A stretch of DNA of 64,000 bases from a virus (Duplodnaviria; Caudoviricetes): the IMG/VR virus record IMGVR_UViG_3300028591_000071; one strand, 5' to 3'. Shown one piece after another: positions 1 through 10,830 of the stretch; the first letter of the stretch is position 1, and every line of letters begins with the position of its first letter. A model generated the notes under the pieces. The model was given only the letters and a program-made list of their open reading frames with translations. It was not told the DNA's origin and ran no database searches. The translations under genes were made by a program, and so were the position numbers.

Positions 1-90
1 AATCTTCGTATAACCAGTGCCGATGTTGGCCCTTAATTTCTCCAACCTGTCCTTTTCCTTTATAATCTTTCTTATGCTTCTCTTATCCAT
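1..90 (-). CDS. Hypothetical protein, N-terminal part only (runs off the window start)
   Basis: ATG at 90, 4 nt after the stop of the nuclease gene; open frame MDKRSIRKIIKEKDRLEKLRANIGTGYTKI to the edge. Confidence 0.6.
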   Translation of the reverse strand, partial: MDKRSIRKIIKEKDRLEKLRANIGTGYTKI

Positions 91-94
91 ATGA

Positions 95-946
95 TTAGTA
101 GTTAATCAATTCTTCTTTGTCCTGTTCAATATCCGAGAAATCAGATATGTCAAACCTAATAAAACCACCATCATCGTTTGGCACATCTACATATTTAAAC
201 TCAATCTCTTCGGGGTCTTCGATATCCCAAAGGACAAATCCATGCCCCGATATTGACTCACCGAAGTTGTTCTGCCGTATGCTTGAGCAATAGACAACCC
301 TAACTCCATCTCTCTTTATCTCCTGACGCTTATGGATATGGCCCGCGATAACGAAATCACAACCGTTAAACACACCTGGGTCAACGCCGTTCTCCGTCAC
401 ATAATTGGTTACGGTTATTGCGCCATTTACATCCGCATGAATAAGGCCGACATATACCTGTTTGTCTTCCTCGTGCTCATGGGCTGTCTTATGCACTTCA
501 ATGTCTGGCGTTTCAAATCCTGTGAATGAAGAATAGAGACACCACGCAACATTATCGTCATCATATATTCCCGACTGATATCCGAGTTCCTTATCAAGAT
601 AAACTACCTGTTGATACTTCCCAATCTCGAACAACGGAGTTAGGGAATCAACCCTATCGGTATTGTTCATAAGGAAATCATGATTACCGATGATGACTAT
701 CGTCTTGCAAATCTTGTCGAGTTCGGAGAAAAACCAATCCACGCACAGAAGGGATTCATTGGTAATCTCAAGTTTCCTGTCGAAAATGTCTCCCGCAACG
801 ACTATTCTCACATTCTCAGGAGAATCCTCTTCATCAACGATGCTCTTGCATTTGTCTATGAATCGTTGGAGAACAACCTTAAGTTGTTCAATTCCTTTCA
901 GCGACGGAACATGTATGTCGCTGCATGCTATAATCTTTGTAATCAT
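95..946 (-). CDS. Mre11/SbcD (T4 gp47-like) metallophosphoesterase DNA nuclease, catalytic domain only
   Basis: All five phosphoesterase motifs: SDIH, AGDIFD, GNHD, LIH, AGHIH, followed by YCSS..Q.NFGE. Confidence 0.88.
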   Translation of the reverse strand: MITKIIACSDIHVPSLKGIEQLKVVLQRFIDKCKSIVDEEDSPENVRIVVAGDIFDRKLEITNESLLCVDWFFSELDKICKTIVIIGNHDFLMNNTDRVDSLTPLFEIGKYQQVVYLDKELGYQSGIYDDDNVAWCLYSSFTGFETPDIEVHKTAHEHEEDKQVYVGLIHADVNGAITVTNYVTENGVDPGVFNGCDFVIAGHIHKRQEIKRDGVRVVYCSSIRQNNFGESISGHGFVLWDIEDPEEIEFKYVDVPNDDGGFIRFDISDFSDIEQDKEELINY

Positions 947-1167
947 AATCCGTAAACCGTATTATTCAAGTTCTCGATAATTTCTTCCACATCGCTATCG
1001 GTTTCTATTTCGACGCGATATGTATCTCCATACCATTGCCATCCGGGACCCTTCCAATTCAAAATGACCTTACAATTGTTCTTTTTCGCAATGTCTCTTG
1101 CATCCATAAGGTCCAATAACGAAGGCAATCCATTATAAACCCAATATTCCTTAACCTCGTATATCAT
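943..1167 (-). CDS. Small hypothetical protein (74 aa)
   Basis: ATGA overlaps with both neighbouring genes. Confidence 0.75.
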   Translation of the reverse strand: MIYEVKEYWVYNGLPSLLDLMDARDIAKKNNCKVILNWKGPGWQWYGDTYRVEIETDSDVEEIIENLNNTVYGL

Positions 1168-2309
1168 ACTAATAACTCTATTTCACTGAATTGCTTTGCT
1201 GTACGCATCGCCTTTATTATTCCTCTTTTTCCCTCGGACTCATATACCTCACCAAAATCCTTATACCCCTCATAGGTGTAAATCTTTCCGTTAAGCCGCA
1301 CATTTTGCGGATTATAATCCGCATGCACTGACAAATCTTCAACATCCTCGACTATTGGATGAACTTCTATCTCCTCTCCGTCAATTACTGGATTTTCATA
1401 AGGAACATATCTCCCGTTCAACCCCTCTCCAAGTCTGATATACTTTATTTTCCCAAAGAGACGGCCCCTGTTGAGCGTGTTGTATATCCGTTTCACTTCA
1501 TCTATCGTCGTATCCCCGTCAAGGCAGATAATGATGTTCGCATTGGCCCGTTCCTTGAGTTTTGAATACAATTCCATGCTCTTGTTCATCGTCTTACCCA
1601 TCAACGAAACAGAGTTCGGGTAATAGATACAGTCAATTGCGCCTTCAACAAGGTAAATGTCGGCATCCCATTGTATCTTATCCTCATGAAGGATTATCTT
1701 GTTCTTGTCCGCGTCACAGTTCTTGTATTTGTTCCGCTTATCCTTTGAACGATATGTACGGCCAATGTAATAGTTAAGGTCTCCTGCGGAATTATACGAA
1801 GGGAATATAATCCTATTCCTCCATGTCCAATCCTCTTCATCCCATGTGGTGCGGCCTATATTATAATAATCTATAAGGTCTTGGGTAATCTTTCTCTTTT
1901 CAAGATATGCCTTCAACTCTTTGTCCCTGCACGAATATAGGTCTATCTTTTGGAAAGTCTTCGGAAGTTTGAGATACTTTTCCTCGAAAATGTCCCCGTT
2001 ATCCTTGAACATGTCAAGGTTATAGTATTTGTTTTCCTTGATGTCATTAAGTATTGAGAAATACTCATCACACAACGACGAACCGCCCCTTGCCCTTATG
2101 AGTTTGGACAACGAACCTGAACTTCCGCAAGACCAACAATGGAATTTGCCAAGAGAAAACGATATTTCAAGATTGTATTTGTTATCAACCCCGCCTTTTT
2201 CATCGGCACAGAACGGGCAATTGAACTGATACTGCGTAGTACCATTGTCATAACTACCCTGTTTGCTCTCGCCAAGGATTGATACCAATATGTTGTATAT
2301 TCTCTGCAT
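1164..2309 (-). CDS. DNA primase (Zn-finger plus TOPRIM, DnaG/T4 gp61-like)
   Basis: CPFC...CWSC zinc ribbon, YLEKRKI, RIIFP, KYKN, VEGAID, LDGD, KD motifs. Start moved to ATG 2309 because the track's TTG start overlaps the promoter. Confidence 0.9.
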   Translation of the reverse strand: MQRIYNILVSILGESKQGSYDNGTTQYQFNCPFCADEKGGVDNKYNLEISFSLGKFHCWSCGSSGSLSKLIRARGGSSLCDEYFSILNDIKENKYYNLDMFKDNGDIFEEKYLKLPKTFQKIDLYSCRDKELKAYLEKRKITQDLIDYYNIGRTTWDEEDWTWRNRIIFPSYNSAGDLNYYIGRTYRSKDKRNKYKNCDADKNKIILHEDKIQWDADIYLVEGAIDCIYYPNSVSLMGKTMNKSMELYSKLKERANANIIICLDGDTTIDEVKRIYNTLNRGRLFGKIKYIRLGEGLNGRYVPYENPVIDGEEIEVHPIVEDVEDLSVHADYNPQNVRLNGKIYTYEGYKDFGEVYESEGKRGIIKAMRTAKQFSEIELLV

Positions 2310-2325
2310 ACAATAAACCTTGGCC

Positions 2326-2357
2326 CAAATATACAACAAAAATCAGAAAAAAACAAA
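2326..2357 (-). promoter_or_regulatory. Putative early promoter TTGTTT-N17-TATATT; also matches Bacteroidetes TTTG-N20-TAnnTTTG
   Basis: Minus strand reads tttgtttttttctgatttttgttgTATATTTG, ending 16 nt before the primase ATG. Confidence 0.7.
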
Positions 2358-2384
2358 AACGCGAGACCATCGTGGCCCCGCGTT
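2350..2384 (-). terminator. Intrinsic terminator
   Basis: aacgcggggcca-cga-tggtctcgcgtt stem (two G-U pairs) followed by a U tract, after the 2405 gene. Confidence 0.75.
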
Positions 2385-2404
2385 CGCTTGTCTATTTGTA
2401 AATT

Positions 2405-2842
2405 TTAGAACAGTCCACAATCAACATCATCATATGTCTTAAGGACTCCGTCCACATAAACGAAATTCTTCAACCCCTGTGATTTAACCCTGACACCATA
2501 CTTCTCGTCAAAGTCGAAAGATTCACTCACTAACTCAGTTCCGTCCGATGTTGCCTTTGGGAAAAACTCAACAATCTCATATCCGGTTCCGTCTTCTCCG
2601 ACAAGGAACCTATCATAAGGATTTACATCATTAGTTGAAGGCATCCCTGACAATATCGCATTAACAGGAAGCAATTGACCGGCTTCCCGTACCACCAAAT
2701 TTTCTCCGTAATATTCAGATATGCTGCCATCAGTCTCAACCACACAATACCTTGTCCAAGGGTCAAGCCTATTAACGCTCTTAAGGAACTCATATGAACT
2801 CCTTGCGCCTCTCCAATTTCTTACTCTATGTTTTTCAGCCAT
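2405..2842 (-). CDS. Small virion or fibre-adaptor-like protein
   Basis: Last gene of a structural block; C-terminal VDCGLF resembles the IDCGEY/F ends of the 21179 and 25593 fibres. Confidence 0.55.
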   Translation of the reverse strand: MAEKHRVRNWRGARSSYEFLKSVNRLDPWTRYCVVETDGSISEYYGENLVVREAGQLLPVNAILSGMPSTNDVNPYDRFLVGEDGTGYEIVEFFPKATSDGTELVSESFDFDEKYGVRVKSQGLKNFVYVDGVLKTYDDVDCGLF

Positions 2843-2867
2843 TTTATATCTTATATATTACAAAAAA

Positions 2868-3440
2868 TTATTCAATAACCAAATCGTCATCCGTTTCCCA
2901 ATATAAATATTCAGACATTGCGGAAAAACTCGTTTCAAGTGCACCAATTCTGCCTTTTAATAGTTCAACGTCTCCTTCTACATCACCACTTGCCGAAGTC
3001 GTTCCGAGTTTTGCAACTTCTCCCGGCCCCGTTACGATATAGAAACCTGAAGAATAGGTTGAACCCGATATTTCCTCTTCCCCGAGAACGTTTATAATCT
3101 GTCCGACATTATCCTCGGTTGCGAGGGCTTTTGCTTCGGTGTATGTTGATACAGCGGGAGCCGCGCCATTTGATGAACCGATTTCCTCAAGCGAACCGTC
3201 AATAAGTATCTTGTAAACGGTTACGGCGCTGTCGGCTGATGCAACAACCGACAGAACCTGTCCGACATAGGCAATATCTCCGTACTCACTCGTTCCGTTT
3301 GCATACGACTGAGCGTCTTCGAACGAAGCGAAAACATTTGTTGGGTCTAACGGTATCTGCCTTGACCTTTGGTATGATTTAGGAAGGCTTATTACTGAAA
3401 GAGCCCTCAATTCGTCTTTTGAAAAAGCTTTTGCACCCAT
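2868..3440 (-). CDS. Putative fibre-associated structural protein (190 aa)
   Basis: PLD...Y.GQ.L.V module resembling the N-terminus of the collagen fibre; short coiled coil; AGGAGG upstream. Confidence 0.55.
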   Translation of the reverse strand: MGAKAFSKDELRALSVISLPKSYQRSRQIPLDPTNVFASFEDAQSYANGTSEYGDIAYVGQVLSVVASADSAVTVYKILIDGSLEEIGSSNGAAPAVSTYTEAKALATEDNVGQIINVLGEEEISGSTYSSGFYIVTGPGEVAKLGTTSASGDVEGDVELLKGRIGALETSFSAMSEYLYWETDDDLVIE

Positions 3441-3458
3441 TTTCTACTTCCTCCTATG

Positions 3459-6400
3459 TTAGTTTTTGAATTTTATTTTATATGTGTCAGATGACGGATA
3501 TGGAGATGCAGGGGTGAATGTCCAAACCTTGTATTCGATTGGCTTGTACCCGTTTGCACCAGGAACCATAACTGTCGTTGTGTCAAAGACATCTTCGATA
3601 TTGGCGTTTACTGAAACCTGGAATATCTCTATGTTCGTGAATGCCGTTGAAGGAACTGCAATAACGCACTGTGCCTTTCCTGCGGTGATAGGGAAATCCC
3701 ACTGTGTTCCGGTCGCTGCGGCTGTTGAACCTGTAAGGCTTCTGATGAGAGTAGCGTCAATGCTTCCAGTAGCAACTGCAGTATCAAGAAGCCCGTAGAA
3801 ATACTTTCTGTATCCTGTAACCGTCCTTGATGTCGTGCTGCCCGTCGGCGTCGTTGACTTTCCGTCATAGAAACTATCGGTTATTTCAACCTTGCAGTCC
3901 TCACTGAACGTCTTGACATTTGATGCTGCATAAATCGTGCACTCCTCAAAGTTCTCAGCAGGGGTATATGTCATACCTGTCTGTCTTACCACTATGCTGT
4001 TAGCACCGTCGTTTGCATACATTGCGTCTGCATTTGCAGGGAAGTTCTCATTTACTGATGTACCTGTGATAGATACATTTGTCATTCCCGCTGTATCAGA
4101 CTTGAATCCGTTCACCGTAGGAACAGCCAATGTGTAATCTCCACTCTTTTCTGCAATGTATGACTTTGAATATGTTCCGCTTGTATATGCTCCGTCAACA
4201 CCCTTCTTGTAACCGTTGCTGTATCCAGTTGTCGTTACATTGTAGTTATAATTACTTGTATTTGCGGTTGCACCATTGAAGTAATATATCGTACCCGCTT
4301 CAACAGTTTGGTTGGAACTGATATTGCTTCCGCCCGCGGTCTGTGATAAGTTCAGTGTAGGATTCTTCGAACTAACATTCCAAGCATATGTCGCCGTTGG
4401 AGTAGGCCACGTTACCTTACTGAACAGTTTAACCAATACCTCTTCGATGCTTGTTCCTGCAGGTATAACCTTATTACCGCTTTCGTCGGTCCAACCCGCA
4501 TCAGTCGGCCAAGTGTCGCAGTCATCAGCCAAAGGGCCACCCGCCACGATAATGGAATTACCGAGAACAGATGATTGAGACGCCTGATTAATTGCTGCAA
4601 CCGTATCGGCAGATGTCGCATATTCGGAAAGTGCAGTTTCGAGGGCCGCACTTGTAGTATATCCCGATAGGTCGATATTAACCGACTTTTCAACTACTTC
4701 AAGAGAAGTTCCGTTCAACTTGACATCTTCGATAACATTCTCGTCACCGAGATTCAGGTTATTAACGGTCTCTTCAAGCGTCTCGAGACTTCCGCTAACC
4801 GCAGCGATGTCCCTGTTCATTGCCGCAGCATCTTCAGGATGTTCCTGAATCCAAGCAGCAATCTCTTCAAGTGTATCTAACGCTTCCTGAGCATCTTCAG
4901 GTATAAGTGATTCGGTAAGAGCTGATAATGTGATACTCTTAACCTTTTCCTTATCGAGTGAAATCTCATCGTTTTCTATGATGATACCTTCGCCCTGTGT
5001 GTATGTTCCTGCCAATCCCTGAGGACCCTGAGAACCATCTACACCCTGAGCACCTTCAACACCTTGAGGACCCTGAGAACCTTCGTTTCCTTGTTCTCCC
5101 TGAGGTCCCTGTGTACCTTCATCACCCTGAGGGCCTTGAACACCTTCGTCGCCCTGCGGACCCTGTGCTCCGGTCTCGCCTTGAGGACCTTGGTCACCTA
5201 CAGCACCTTGGCTGCCCTCGACACCCTGAGGTCCTTGAGCACCATCTTCGCCGTTAGTTCCCGCTTCTCCTTGTGGTCCTTGGGCTCCATCTTCACCCTT
5301 TTCGCCTTGAGGTCCCTGTTCTCCGGTTTCACCCTGTGCACCTTCAAGTCCTTGTGGTCCCTGTGCCCCGTCTTCACCGTTGATTCCTGCTTCGCCTTGA
5401 GGACCCTGTGTTCCATCATCACCTTTTTCGCCTTGAGGACCTTGGTCACCTACAGCGCCCTGTGCTCCAGCCTCACCTTGTGGTCCCTGTTCGCCATCGG
5501 TTCCAGCCTCACCTTGAGGACCCTGTGCTCCATCTTCACCGTTGATTCCTGCTTCACCTTGTGGTCCTTGGTCTCCGTCCGTTCCTTTATCTCCCTGAGG
5601 GCCTTGTGCACCGGTTTCACCCTGTGCGCCTACCTCGCCCTGAGGACCTTGTGCTCCATCCTCGCCCTTTTCACCTTGAGGACCCTGAGCACCGTCTTCT
5701 CCGTTTGTTCCTACCTCACCCTGAGGACCTTGAACACCTTCGTCGCCCTGTGGACCCTGAGCACCGTCTTCTCCATTAGCTCCGGCCTCACCTTGCGGTC
5801 CCTGCTCGCCGTTTTCACCTGAAGCACCCTGCGCACCTTCAAGTCCCTGAGGTCCTTGTTCGCCGGTCTCTCCGACGGCACCCTGTGCTCCTTCGATACC
5901 TTGTGGACCCTGTGCTCCCGTTTCACCAACAGCACCTTGACTACCGGCCTCGCCCTGAGGACCCTGTGCACCATCAGCGCCCTTGATGTTTCCGACATTC
6001 TTCCAATCTGAATTCAGGTTGTCCCATACGTAAAGATTGCCACCTACAAGGTAAGCGTCTCCTATGTTTCCGGTTGGATGTTCGTCATAAAGGTCTTCCA
6101 CGGTATTATAAGAACCAAGAATGCTTACTCCCTTTCCGTCTTCACCCTTGGCTCCCTGTGCTCCTTCAAGTCCTTGTGGACCCTGAACGCCTTCGTCACC
6201 CTGAGGGCCTTGCGCTCCCGTATCACCTTGTGGGCCCTGTGCGCCTTCTGCTCCATCTTCACCCTTCTCTCCTTGCGGACCTTGGCTTCCATCAATACCT
6301 GCTTCGCCCTGTGGACCTTGCTCCCCAACGGCACCCTGTGCACCTTCTGCACCTTGAGCACCATCGGTTCCGTCAGTCCCCTTTAATGATTCAAGCCATT

Positions 6401-7985
6401 CTTCTTTGGTCATATAATCAGCCTCACTAATCAACTGAACCTCGAAATCCGTTGACTTGGTAAGAACATCCGTTCCGTCTATTGTCTCTGTGTATTCAGG
6501 AAGATTAAGGTCTCCTTCCGCGGGAACACTTATGATACCGTATGTCCTATCAACATCAGTACCCCATATCTTTGCGGATGGCTTCCATACGAATCTTTCT
6601 CCGTTCTTGTAAAGAACCCTGATATATGTTGCTCCATCGAAATTATGGTTAACGACAAGCCAAGGGAATTGTGTTGGGTCAAATGGTGGCCAAGTATCTC
6701 CATCTTGTTCCGCTTCAACAGGGTTGAGAGTATAATAATCGTTGAGTTCATTGTACCTTGCCTCTGCAAAGTTCCTGTGGTCAACAATCAAAAAATTTCC
6801 TTTCTCTGCTACGCTATCCAAATAAAGGTCATAGGCGGATTTTCCAACCCATCCGTCTTCACCCTTATCTCCTTGCGGTCCTTGCTCGCCATCCGTTCCG
6901 TTTTCTCCGGCGGCTCCCTGAGCACCTTCAACACCTTGTGGGCCCTGAGCACCGTCTTCACCGTTTATTCCGTTCTCTCCTGCCGCACCCTGTGCACCCT
7001 CAGCACCCTGAGGGCCCTGTGCTCCGTCTTCTCCGTTTTGTCCATTTTCTCCTGCAGGACCTTGGGCTCCGTCTGCTCCCGCTGCACCATCTTCTCCCTT
7101 AGGACCTTGGACACCATCTTCACCCTTTTCACCTTGAGGACCCTGAGCACCGTCTTCACCGTTGATTCCTGCTTCTCCCTGTGGGCCCTGAGCCCCATCG
7201 GCTCCATCTTCACCCTTTTCACCAGTAGGACCTTGCACCCCTTCTAAGCCCTGAGGGCCTTGAGCACCTGTTTCGCCAACAGGGCCCTGTGCACCCGGAA
7301 CAGGAATTGCCCCCTGTCCGGCAATTGACGTAATATCAACTCTTATTGGAGAAAGAGAATCATCATTATAATAGAATTCAATAAACGTGTCATTACCTTC
7401 CGTAACAACTGTACCACTCGTGATGAATTGGTCATACTGCCACTGAGAAAGAATATCTTCCAAGCCTGCCGACTCGCCAATTTTTACATTATCATAATAA
7501 AGTTCAATTGAAGTATCAGCACTGTTCGCAACCACAGCAAACTTCTGTGGGTCTGCGTGGTTATATTCCCATGTTGGAACACCATCGACAATTTCGCTTG
7601 CAATGTACTCTGCCCACTTTCCGTCTCTTGTTTCGTCCGAAAGTACAATGGCTTTCTGCCCGACTTTAAATGCTTTGCTTATATTCGCTCCGCGAGTTAA
7701 AAGTCCTACAATGTCATTTGAAAAATCTACAAGTTCCTGATAAGTGTCAGTAACTATCGTGCTTGCAATTGTCCAATGATTTTTTCCAACCCTTGAAGCA
7801 CCGTTTGAATCGATTGAGAACTTTAATGGATGCCCATCGTTCAAAACGGTCACTTCCATTCCGTCATAGGAATAGGTGAAATATTCAAATGTTGACAATC
7901 CTGACACATTAGCCAAAGTTGTTTGTCTAATGTCAAGCGGCTGTTTTTTCTGCAAATTTAATTGCTCGTTTATGCTAATTGCCAT
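3459..7985 (-). CDS. Collagen-like tail or head fibre protein (1508 aa)
   Basis: Three Gly-X-Y tracts separated by globular inserts; [10 protein letters not shown] coiled segment; beta-rich C-terminal domains. Confidence 0.85.
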   Translation of the reverse strand: MAISINEQLNLQKKQPLDIRQTTLANVSGLSTFEYFTYSYDGMEVTVLNDGHPLKFSIDSNGASRVGKNHWTIASTIVTDTYQELVDFSNDIVGLLTRGANISKAFKVGQKAIVLSDETRDGKWAEYIASEIVDGVPTWEYNHADPQKFAVVANSADTSIELYYDNVKIGESAGLEDILSQWQYDQFITSGTVVTEGNDTFIEFYYNDDSLSPIRVDITSIAGQGAIPVPGAQGPVGETGAQGPQGLEGVQGPTGEKGEDGADGAQGPQGEAGINGEDGAQGPQGEKGEDGVQGPKGEDGAAGADGAQGPAGENGQNGEDGAQGPQGAEGAQGAAGENGINGEDGAQGPQGVEGAQGAAGENGTDGEQGPQGDKGEDGWVGKSAYDLYLDSVAEKGNFLIVDHRNFAEARYNELNDYYTLNPVEAEQDGDTWPPFDPTQFPWLVVNHNFDGATYIRVLYKNGERFVWKPSAKIWGTDVDRTYGIISVPAEGDLNLPEYTETIDGTDVLTKSTDFEVQLISEADYMTKEEWLESLKGTDGTDGAQGAEGAQGAVGEQGPQGEAGIDGSQGPQGEKGEDGAEGAQGPQGDTGAQGPQGDEGVQGPQGLEGAQGAKGEDGKGVSILGSYNTVEDLYDEHPTGNIGDAYLVGGNLYVWDNLNSDWKNVGNIKGADGAQGPQGEAGSQGAVGETGAQGPQGIEGAQGAVGETGEQGPQGLEGAQGASGENGEQGPQGEAGANGEDGAQGPQGDEGVQGPQGEVGTNGEDGAQGPQGEKGEDGAQGPQGEVGAQGETGAQGPQGDKGTDGDQGPQGEAGINGEDGAQGPQGEAGTDGEQGPQGEAGAQGAVGDQGPQGEKGDDGTQGPQGEAGINGEDGAQGPQGLEGAQGETGEQGPQGEKGEDGAQGPQGEAGTNGEDGAQGPQGVEGSQGAVGDQGPQGETGAQGPQGDEGVQGPQGDEGTQGPQGEQGNEGSQGPQGVEGAQGVDGSQGPQGLAGTYTQGEGIIIENDEISLDKEKVKSITLSALTESLIPEDAQEALDTLEEIAAWIQEHPEDAAAMNRDIAAVSGSLETLEETVNNLNLGDENVIEDVKLNGTSLEVVEKSVNIDLSGYTTSAALETALSEYATSADTVAAINQASQSSVLGNSIIVAGGPLADDCDTWPTDAGWTDESGNKVIPAGTSIEEVLVKLFSKVTWPTPTATYAWNVSSKNPTLNLSQTAGGSNISSNQTVEAGTIYYFNGATANTSNYNYNVTTTGYSNGYKKGVDGAYTSGTYSKSYIAEKSGDYTLAVPTVNGFKSDTAGMTNVSITGTSVNENFPANADAMYANDGANSIVVRQTGMTYTPAENFEECTIYAASNVKTFSEDCKVEITDSFYDGKSTTPTGSTTSRTVTGYRKYFYGLLDTAVATGSIDATLIRSLTGSTAAATGTQWDFPITAGKAQCVIAVPSTAFTNIEIFQVSVNANIEDVFDTTTVMVPGANGYKPIEYKVWTFTPASPYPSSDTYKIKFKN
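5006..5984 (-). repeat. Long Gly-X-Y collagen repeat (about 108 triplets)
   Basis: Uninterrupted GAQGPQGE-type units with 9-nt DNA periodicity. Confidence 0.95.
6131..6382 (-). repeat. Gly-X-Y collagen repeat, middle tract
   Basis: GTDGTDGAQ...GEDGKG. Confidence 0.9.
6836..7299 (-). repeat. Gly-X-Y collagen repeat, N-proximal tract
   Basis: GAQGPVGET...[11 protein letters not shown]. Confidence 0.9.
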
Positions 7986-7994
7986 TATCTAATA

Positions 7995-10643
7995 TTATTT
8001 TGTAAGTGTTATTTCAAGAGATTTTACTGAACCTTCAGAGAAGTATCCGTGAGCGGCAGGATACTCTTCGTCTATTCTGAATTCATACCAAACAGTATAA
8101 TCAGCGCCGCTTATCTTAATGTCCTGTGCCTTGGTGAGAGATACAGGTTGCAATCCTCCCCTGAGTCCGCTATATTCAGAAAGGTCTAACCGAGAAGGTG
8201 CAACTATAATCGGCTCCCTTGCGGCACTCTCCAAATATGCGTCAAACTCTTCATCCGTATCATTGTCATAATGGTCGAAGTATGTTGGGTCTGCAGGAAT
8301 TTCTATTGGGAATTTTCCATCTGCAGGGAAATCAGGAAACGTGCTGAGAGCAAGAACATCTTGGCTGTCGTTGGTTATTGCGGTGATAACATTGTGGTTC
8401 AATGCTCCCCAATAGATTGTTTTAACGACAGGCTTTTCAACATATTCTCCGTAAACAGTCACCGCACTTGCAGGCATTGGCGTTCCTTCTTCAACAGAGC
8501 CATCATCCCACTTGAACTCATATGTAACTCCACTGATTTCAATCTCAGCAGGAAGTTCAGGATAAATGATTTCTTCCTTGTAGAGTGTTTCGCCCGATTC
8601 AATTATACCGGCCGGTGCCGCAGCACTGCTTCTCCTCATAAATGAAAGTTTGAACGGCTTAGGGATGATAGTCACCTCTACGGTAACCTCGTCCTCTTCA
8701 ACAACCATTCCTTCGGTATAAGCCGAACCGTTAACGGTCCAATCTACCTGATAACCTGGGTCTTCAATGTCAACCTTGGTTTCAGGGCTTGCTGATGCTA
8801 TAATGTCTTCTATGATATCAGCAATAGGCGTTCCGTAATCGTAGGTCGTTGCACTCTCCGCAGTGTCTCCACTTATAACGGGAGTTACACTTGACTTTTT
8901 GGTCTTGATGATAGGAACCACCGTTACATCTTCGTCAGGCATTGTGTCTGCACTCGTGATTGTTGTTCCGTTCATCTGCCATTCTTCGATGTACTCATAT
9001 GGGCCAACCTCTATTGCCCCTTCCAGTGCCTCGAGGATGTTCTCACCATAGTTGATTGTTACACTGCTTGCACCTGAAACTGTTATAATATGCTCATTTG
9101 GAACAATTTCCGCCGTGTATTGAACATCGTTTGCAGGGACCGTTGCGCCCACAGGTACATTGGTTTCAATATGATGTCCGACCATCTCATTTGGATAGTT
9201 GGCCTCAATGTAATCTTCAATTGCTGATGCAATGTCTGACTTATATTCCAAAAGAAGCACAAATGGTTCTTTGCCCGCGAGATTAATCGTTACATTGTAT
9301 TTATTGATATCCGCGTCAATGGTTATTCCACTTGCAGGAACAGTTTCAACGCTTCCCGTGTAAGAATATCCTTCAGGAATCAGTGTGCTGATTTCCGTTC
9401 CATATGCTACCGAGCCGCTGTATATCACATCATTATTGTGCGTGATGACAACAGGATATGAATTGACGCTCGTCTCACAAGTTGCTTCCACATTATAATA
9501 AGGCATCGTATAATTACCTGAAACACCGTCAAGTTCAGGGTTGAATACCCAATCAGTTACCGTGTAGCCTTCTTTCTCGTGTTTTGCTCTTGGCTCCACA
9601 TTTGCGCCATAACTATAAGTTTCGGACTGTCCGTCCTGAACCCCATCGACATAGTAAGACAACGTGTATTGGTTTGCCGTCTTGATGGTATAGAAGTTTA
9701 CATCGCTTGCAGGCATCTTATTATCAACCACTTCTGTATCGGCACTCCACTGTGTGAACGAATATCCTGATTCCACAGGAACATCCTTTGATGGAATTGT
9801 CTGTCCGTACTTTAAGGTGGAGGATTCAACCAAGTCGTCATTGATGAAATAACTTACAGTATATGAATTTGCTGAAAGAACAGCCTTTAATACGAGGTTG
9901 TTGATGTCAGGCATATTCACATAGTAAGGTGTCCACCCACAAATAGTGTACCCCTCCTTGCTGTCCGCAGCAGGATATGCTATAGGGTCATCATATTCAA
10001 AGGTTGCCGTTGAAGCCTCCCCGCTTATGTTGAACGTTACATTATATGATTTCTTGGTAAATGTTCCACTAAAAACATAATCCTGCTTAACTGTTGAAGG
10101 AATAGAAGGCTCCCATCCGCTGAAAGTGTATCCCGTCCTTGAAGATGAAGGGATATTGGTGATTTTCTTTCCCCAATCAATGGTCTGCGTATAATCGTCT
10201 AAAACCTCATCGTTAACCTTGAAACTCACGTTGAATTTCTTGATTGTATTCGTTCCGTAAAGGGTGAGGTTTGATGCAGGCATCGTTGTGTGCGTATTTC
10301 CGCTAGCATCCTTCCATCCACTGAAGTCATAACCTTCTTTGCTGCCATCGTACTCAGGGATTGGTGCACCTTCCTCAAGATTATAACTCTTTTTAAGGGA
10401 ACCATCGACATAAAACTTCAACGAATATGTCTTAGTGGAAGAACTCTCGCTTCCGCCGCCGTCTCCGCCGCCTCCATTTACGTTAACCGTCATCGGCTTC
10501 ATATATTCTTCCACGGGAAGGTCACACAAGTCAAGAACATGAGCACCCCAATGGTACATCTCTTCATATCTGTTATCCTCTTCAAGAGTAATACCGCTTT
10601 CTGGGCGTATTGCCATTTCTCGTGGGTCGTTCAAATATGACAT
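7995..10643 (-). CDS. Structural protein with tandem Listeria-Bacteroides (InlB B-repeat/Flg_new-like) repeats (882 aa)
   Basis: About 60-aa repeats with KEGYDFSGW, RTGYTFSGW, KEGYTICGW, ESGYSFTQW, KEGYTVTDW cores and MP..(N/D)(L/V) ends. Confidence 0.8.
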   Translation of the reverse strand: MSYLNDPREMAIRPESGITLEEDNRYEEMYHWGAHVLDLCDLPVEEYMKPMTVNVNGGGGDGGGSESSSTKTYSLKFYVDGSLKKSYNLEEGAPIPEYDGSKEGYDFSGWKDASGNTHTTMPASNLTLYGTNTIKKFNVSFKVNDEVLDDYTQTIDWGKKITNIPSSSRTGYTFSGWEPSIPSTVKQDYVFSGTFTKKSYNVTFNISGEASTATFEYDDPIAYPAADSKEGYTICGWTPYYVNMPDINNLVLKAVLSANSYTVSYFINDDLVESSTLKYGQTIPSKDVPVESGYSFTQWSADTEVVDNKMPASDVNFYTIKTANQYTLSYYVDGVQDGQSETYSYGANVEPRAKHEKEGYTVTDWVFNPELDGVSGNYTMPYYNVEATCETSVNSYPVVITHNNDVIYSGSVAYGTEISTLIPEGYSYTGSVETVPASGITIDADINKYNVTINLAGKEPFVLLLEYKSDIASAIEDYIEANYPNEMVGHHIETNVPVGATVPANDVQYTAEIVPNEHIITVSGASSVTINYGENILEALEGAIEVGPYEYIEEWQMNGTTITSADTMPDEDVTVVPIIKTKKSSVTPVISGDTAESATTYDYGTPIADIIEDIIASASPETKVDIEDPGYQVDWTVNGSAYTEGMVVEEDEVTVEVTIIPKPFKLSFMRRSSAAAPAGIIESGETLYKEEIIYPELPAEIEISGVTYEFKWDDGSVEEGTPMPASAVTVYGEYVEKPVVKTIYWGALNHNVITAITNDSQDVLALSTFPDFPADGKFPIEIPADPTYFDHYDNDTDEEFDAYLESAAREPIIVAPSRLDLSEYSGLRGGLQPVSLTKAQDIKISGADYTVWYEFRIDEEYPAAHGYFSEGSVKSLEITLTK

Positions 10644-10737
10644 AACTGTTATATTATTTTCTTATTATTAATCTTATCGCAAACCATAGTCGTGTGCTGT
10701 TTTATATGGTTTTAAAGAGTAAGCATATTATTTTATC

Positions 10738-10745
10738 ATAAATAG
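10738..10745 (-). promoter_or_regulatory. Putative late promoter motif CTATTTAT
   Basis: Recurrent motif, downstream of a terminator and upstream of the 10643 structural operon. Confidence 0.6.
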
Positions 10746-10779
10746 CGTGTGTAACCAAAAACTCGCCCCTTCCTAAAAC

Positions 10780-10806
10780 AAAAAAGCCGCTGTTTTCACA
10801 ACGGCT
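10780..10806 (-). terminator. Intrinsic terminator after the resolvase
   Basis: agccgttgtgaaaacagcggct followed by a U tract. Confidence 0.75.
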
Positions 10807-10830
10807 CGCAACTCCTGAAACCTCAGAATT

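Noticed and set aside
4997-7247. Long antisense and alternate-frame ORFs over the collagen tracts
   Set aside because: Shadows of Gly-X-Y codon periodicity.
5006-7299. CRISPR-like periodic repeats
   Set aside because: 9-nt coding periodicity; no constant repeat with unique spacers and no cas genes.
10644-10830. tRNA or structured ncRNA in intergenic gaps (also 39768-39843)
   Set aside because: No cloverleaf or T-loop motif; only a weak AT-rich stem (aaaccata/tatggttt) besides the terminator.
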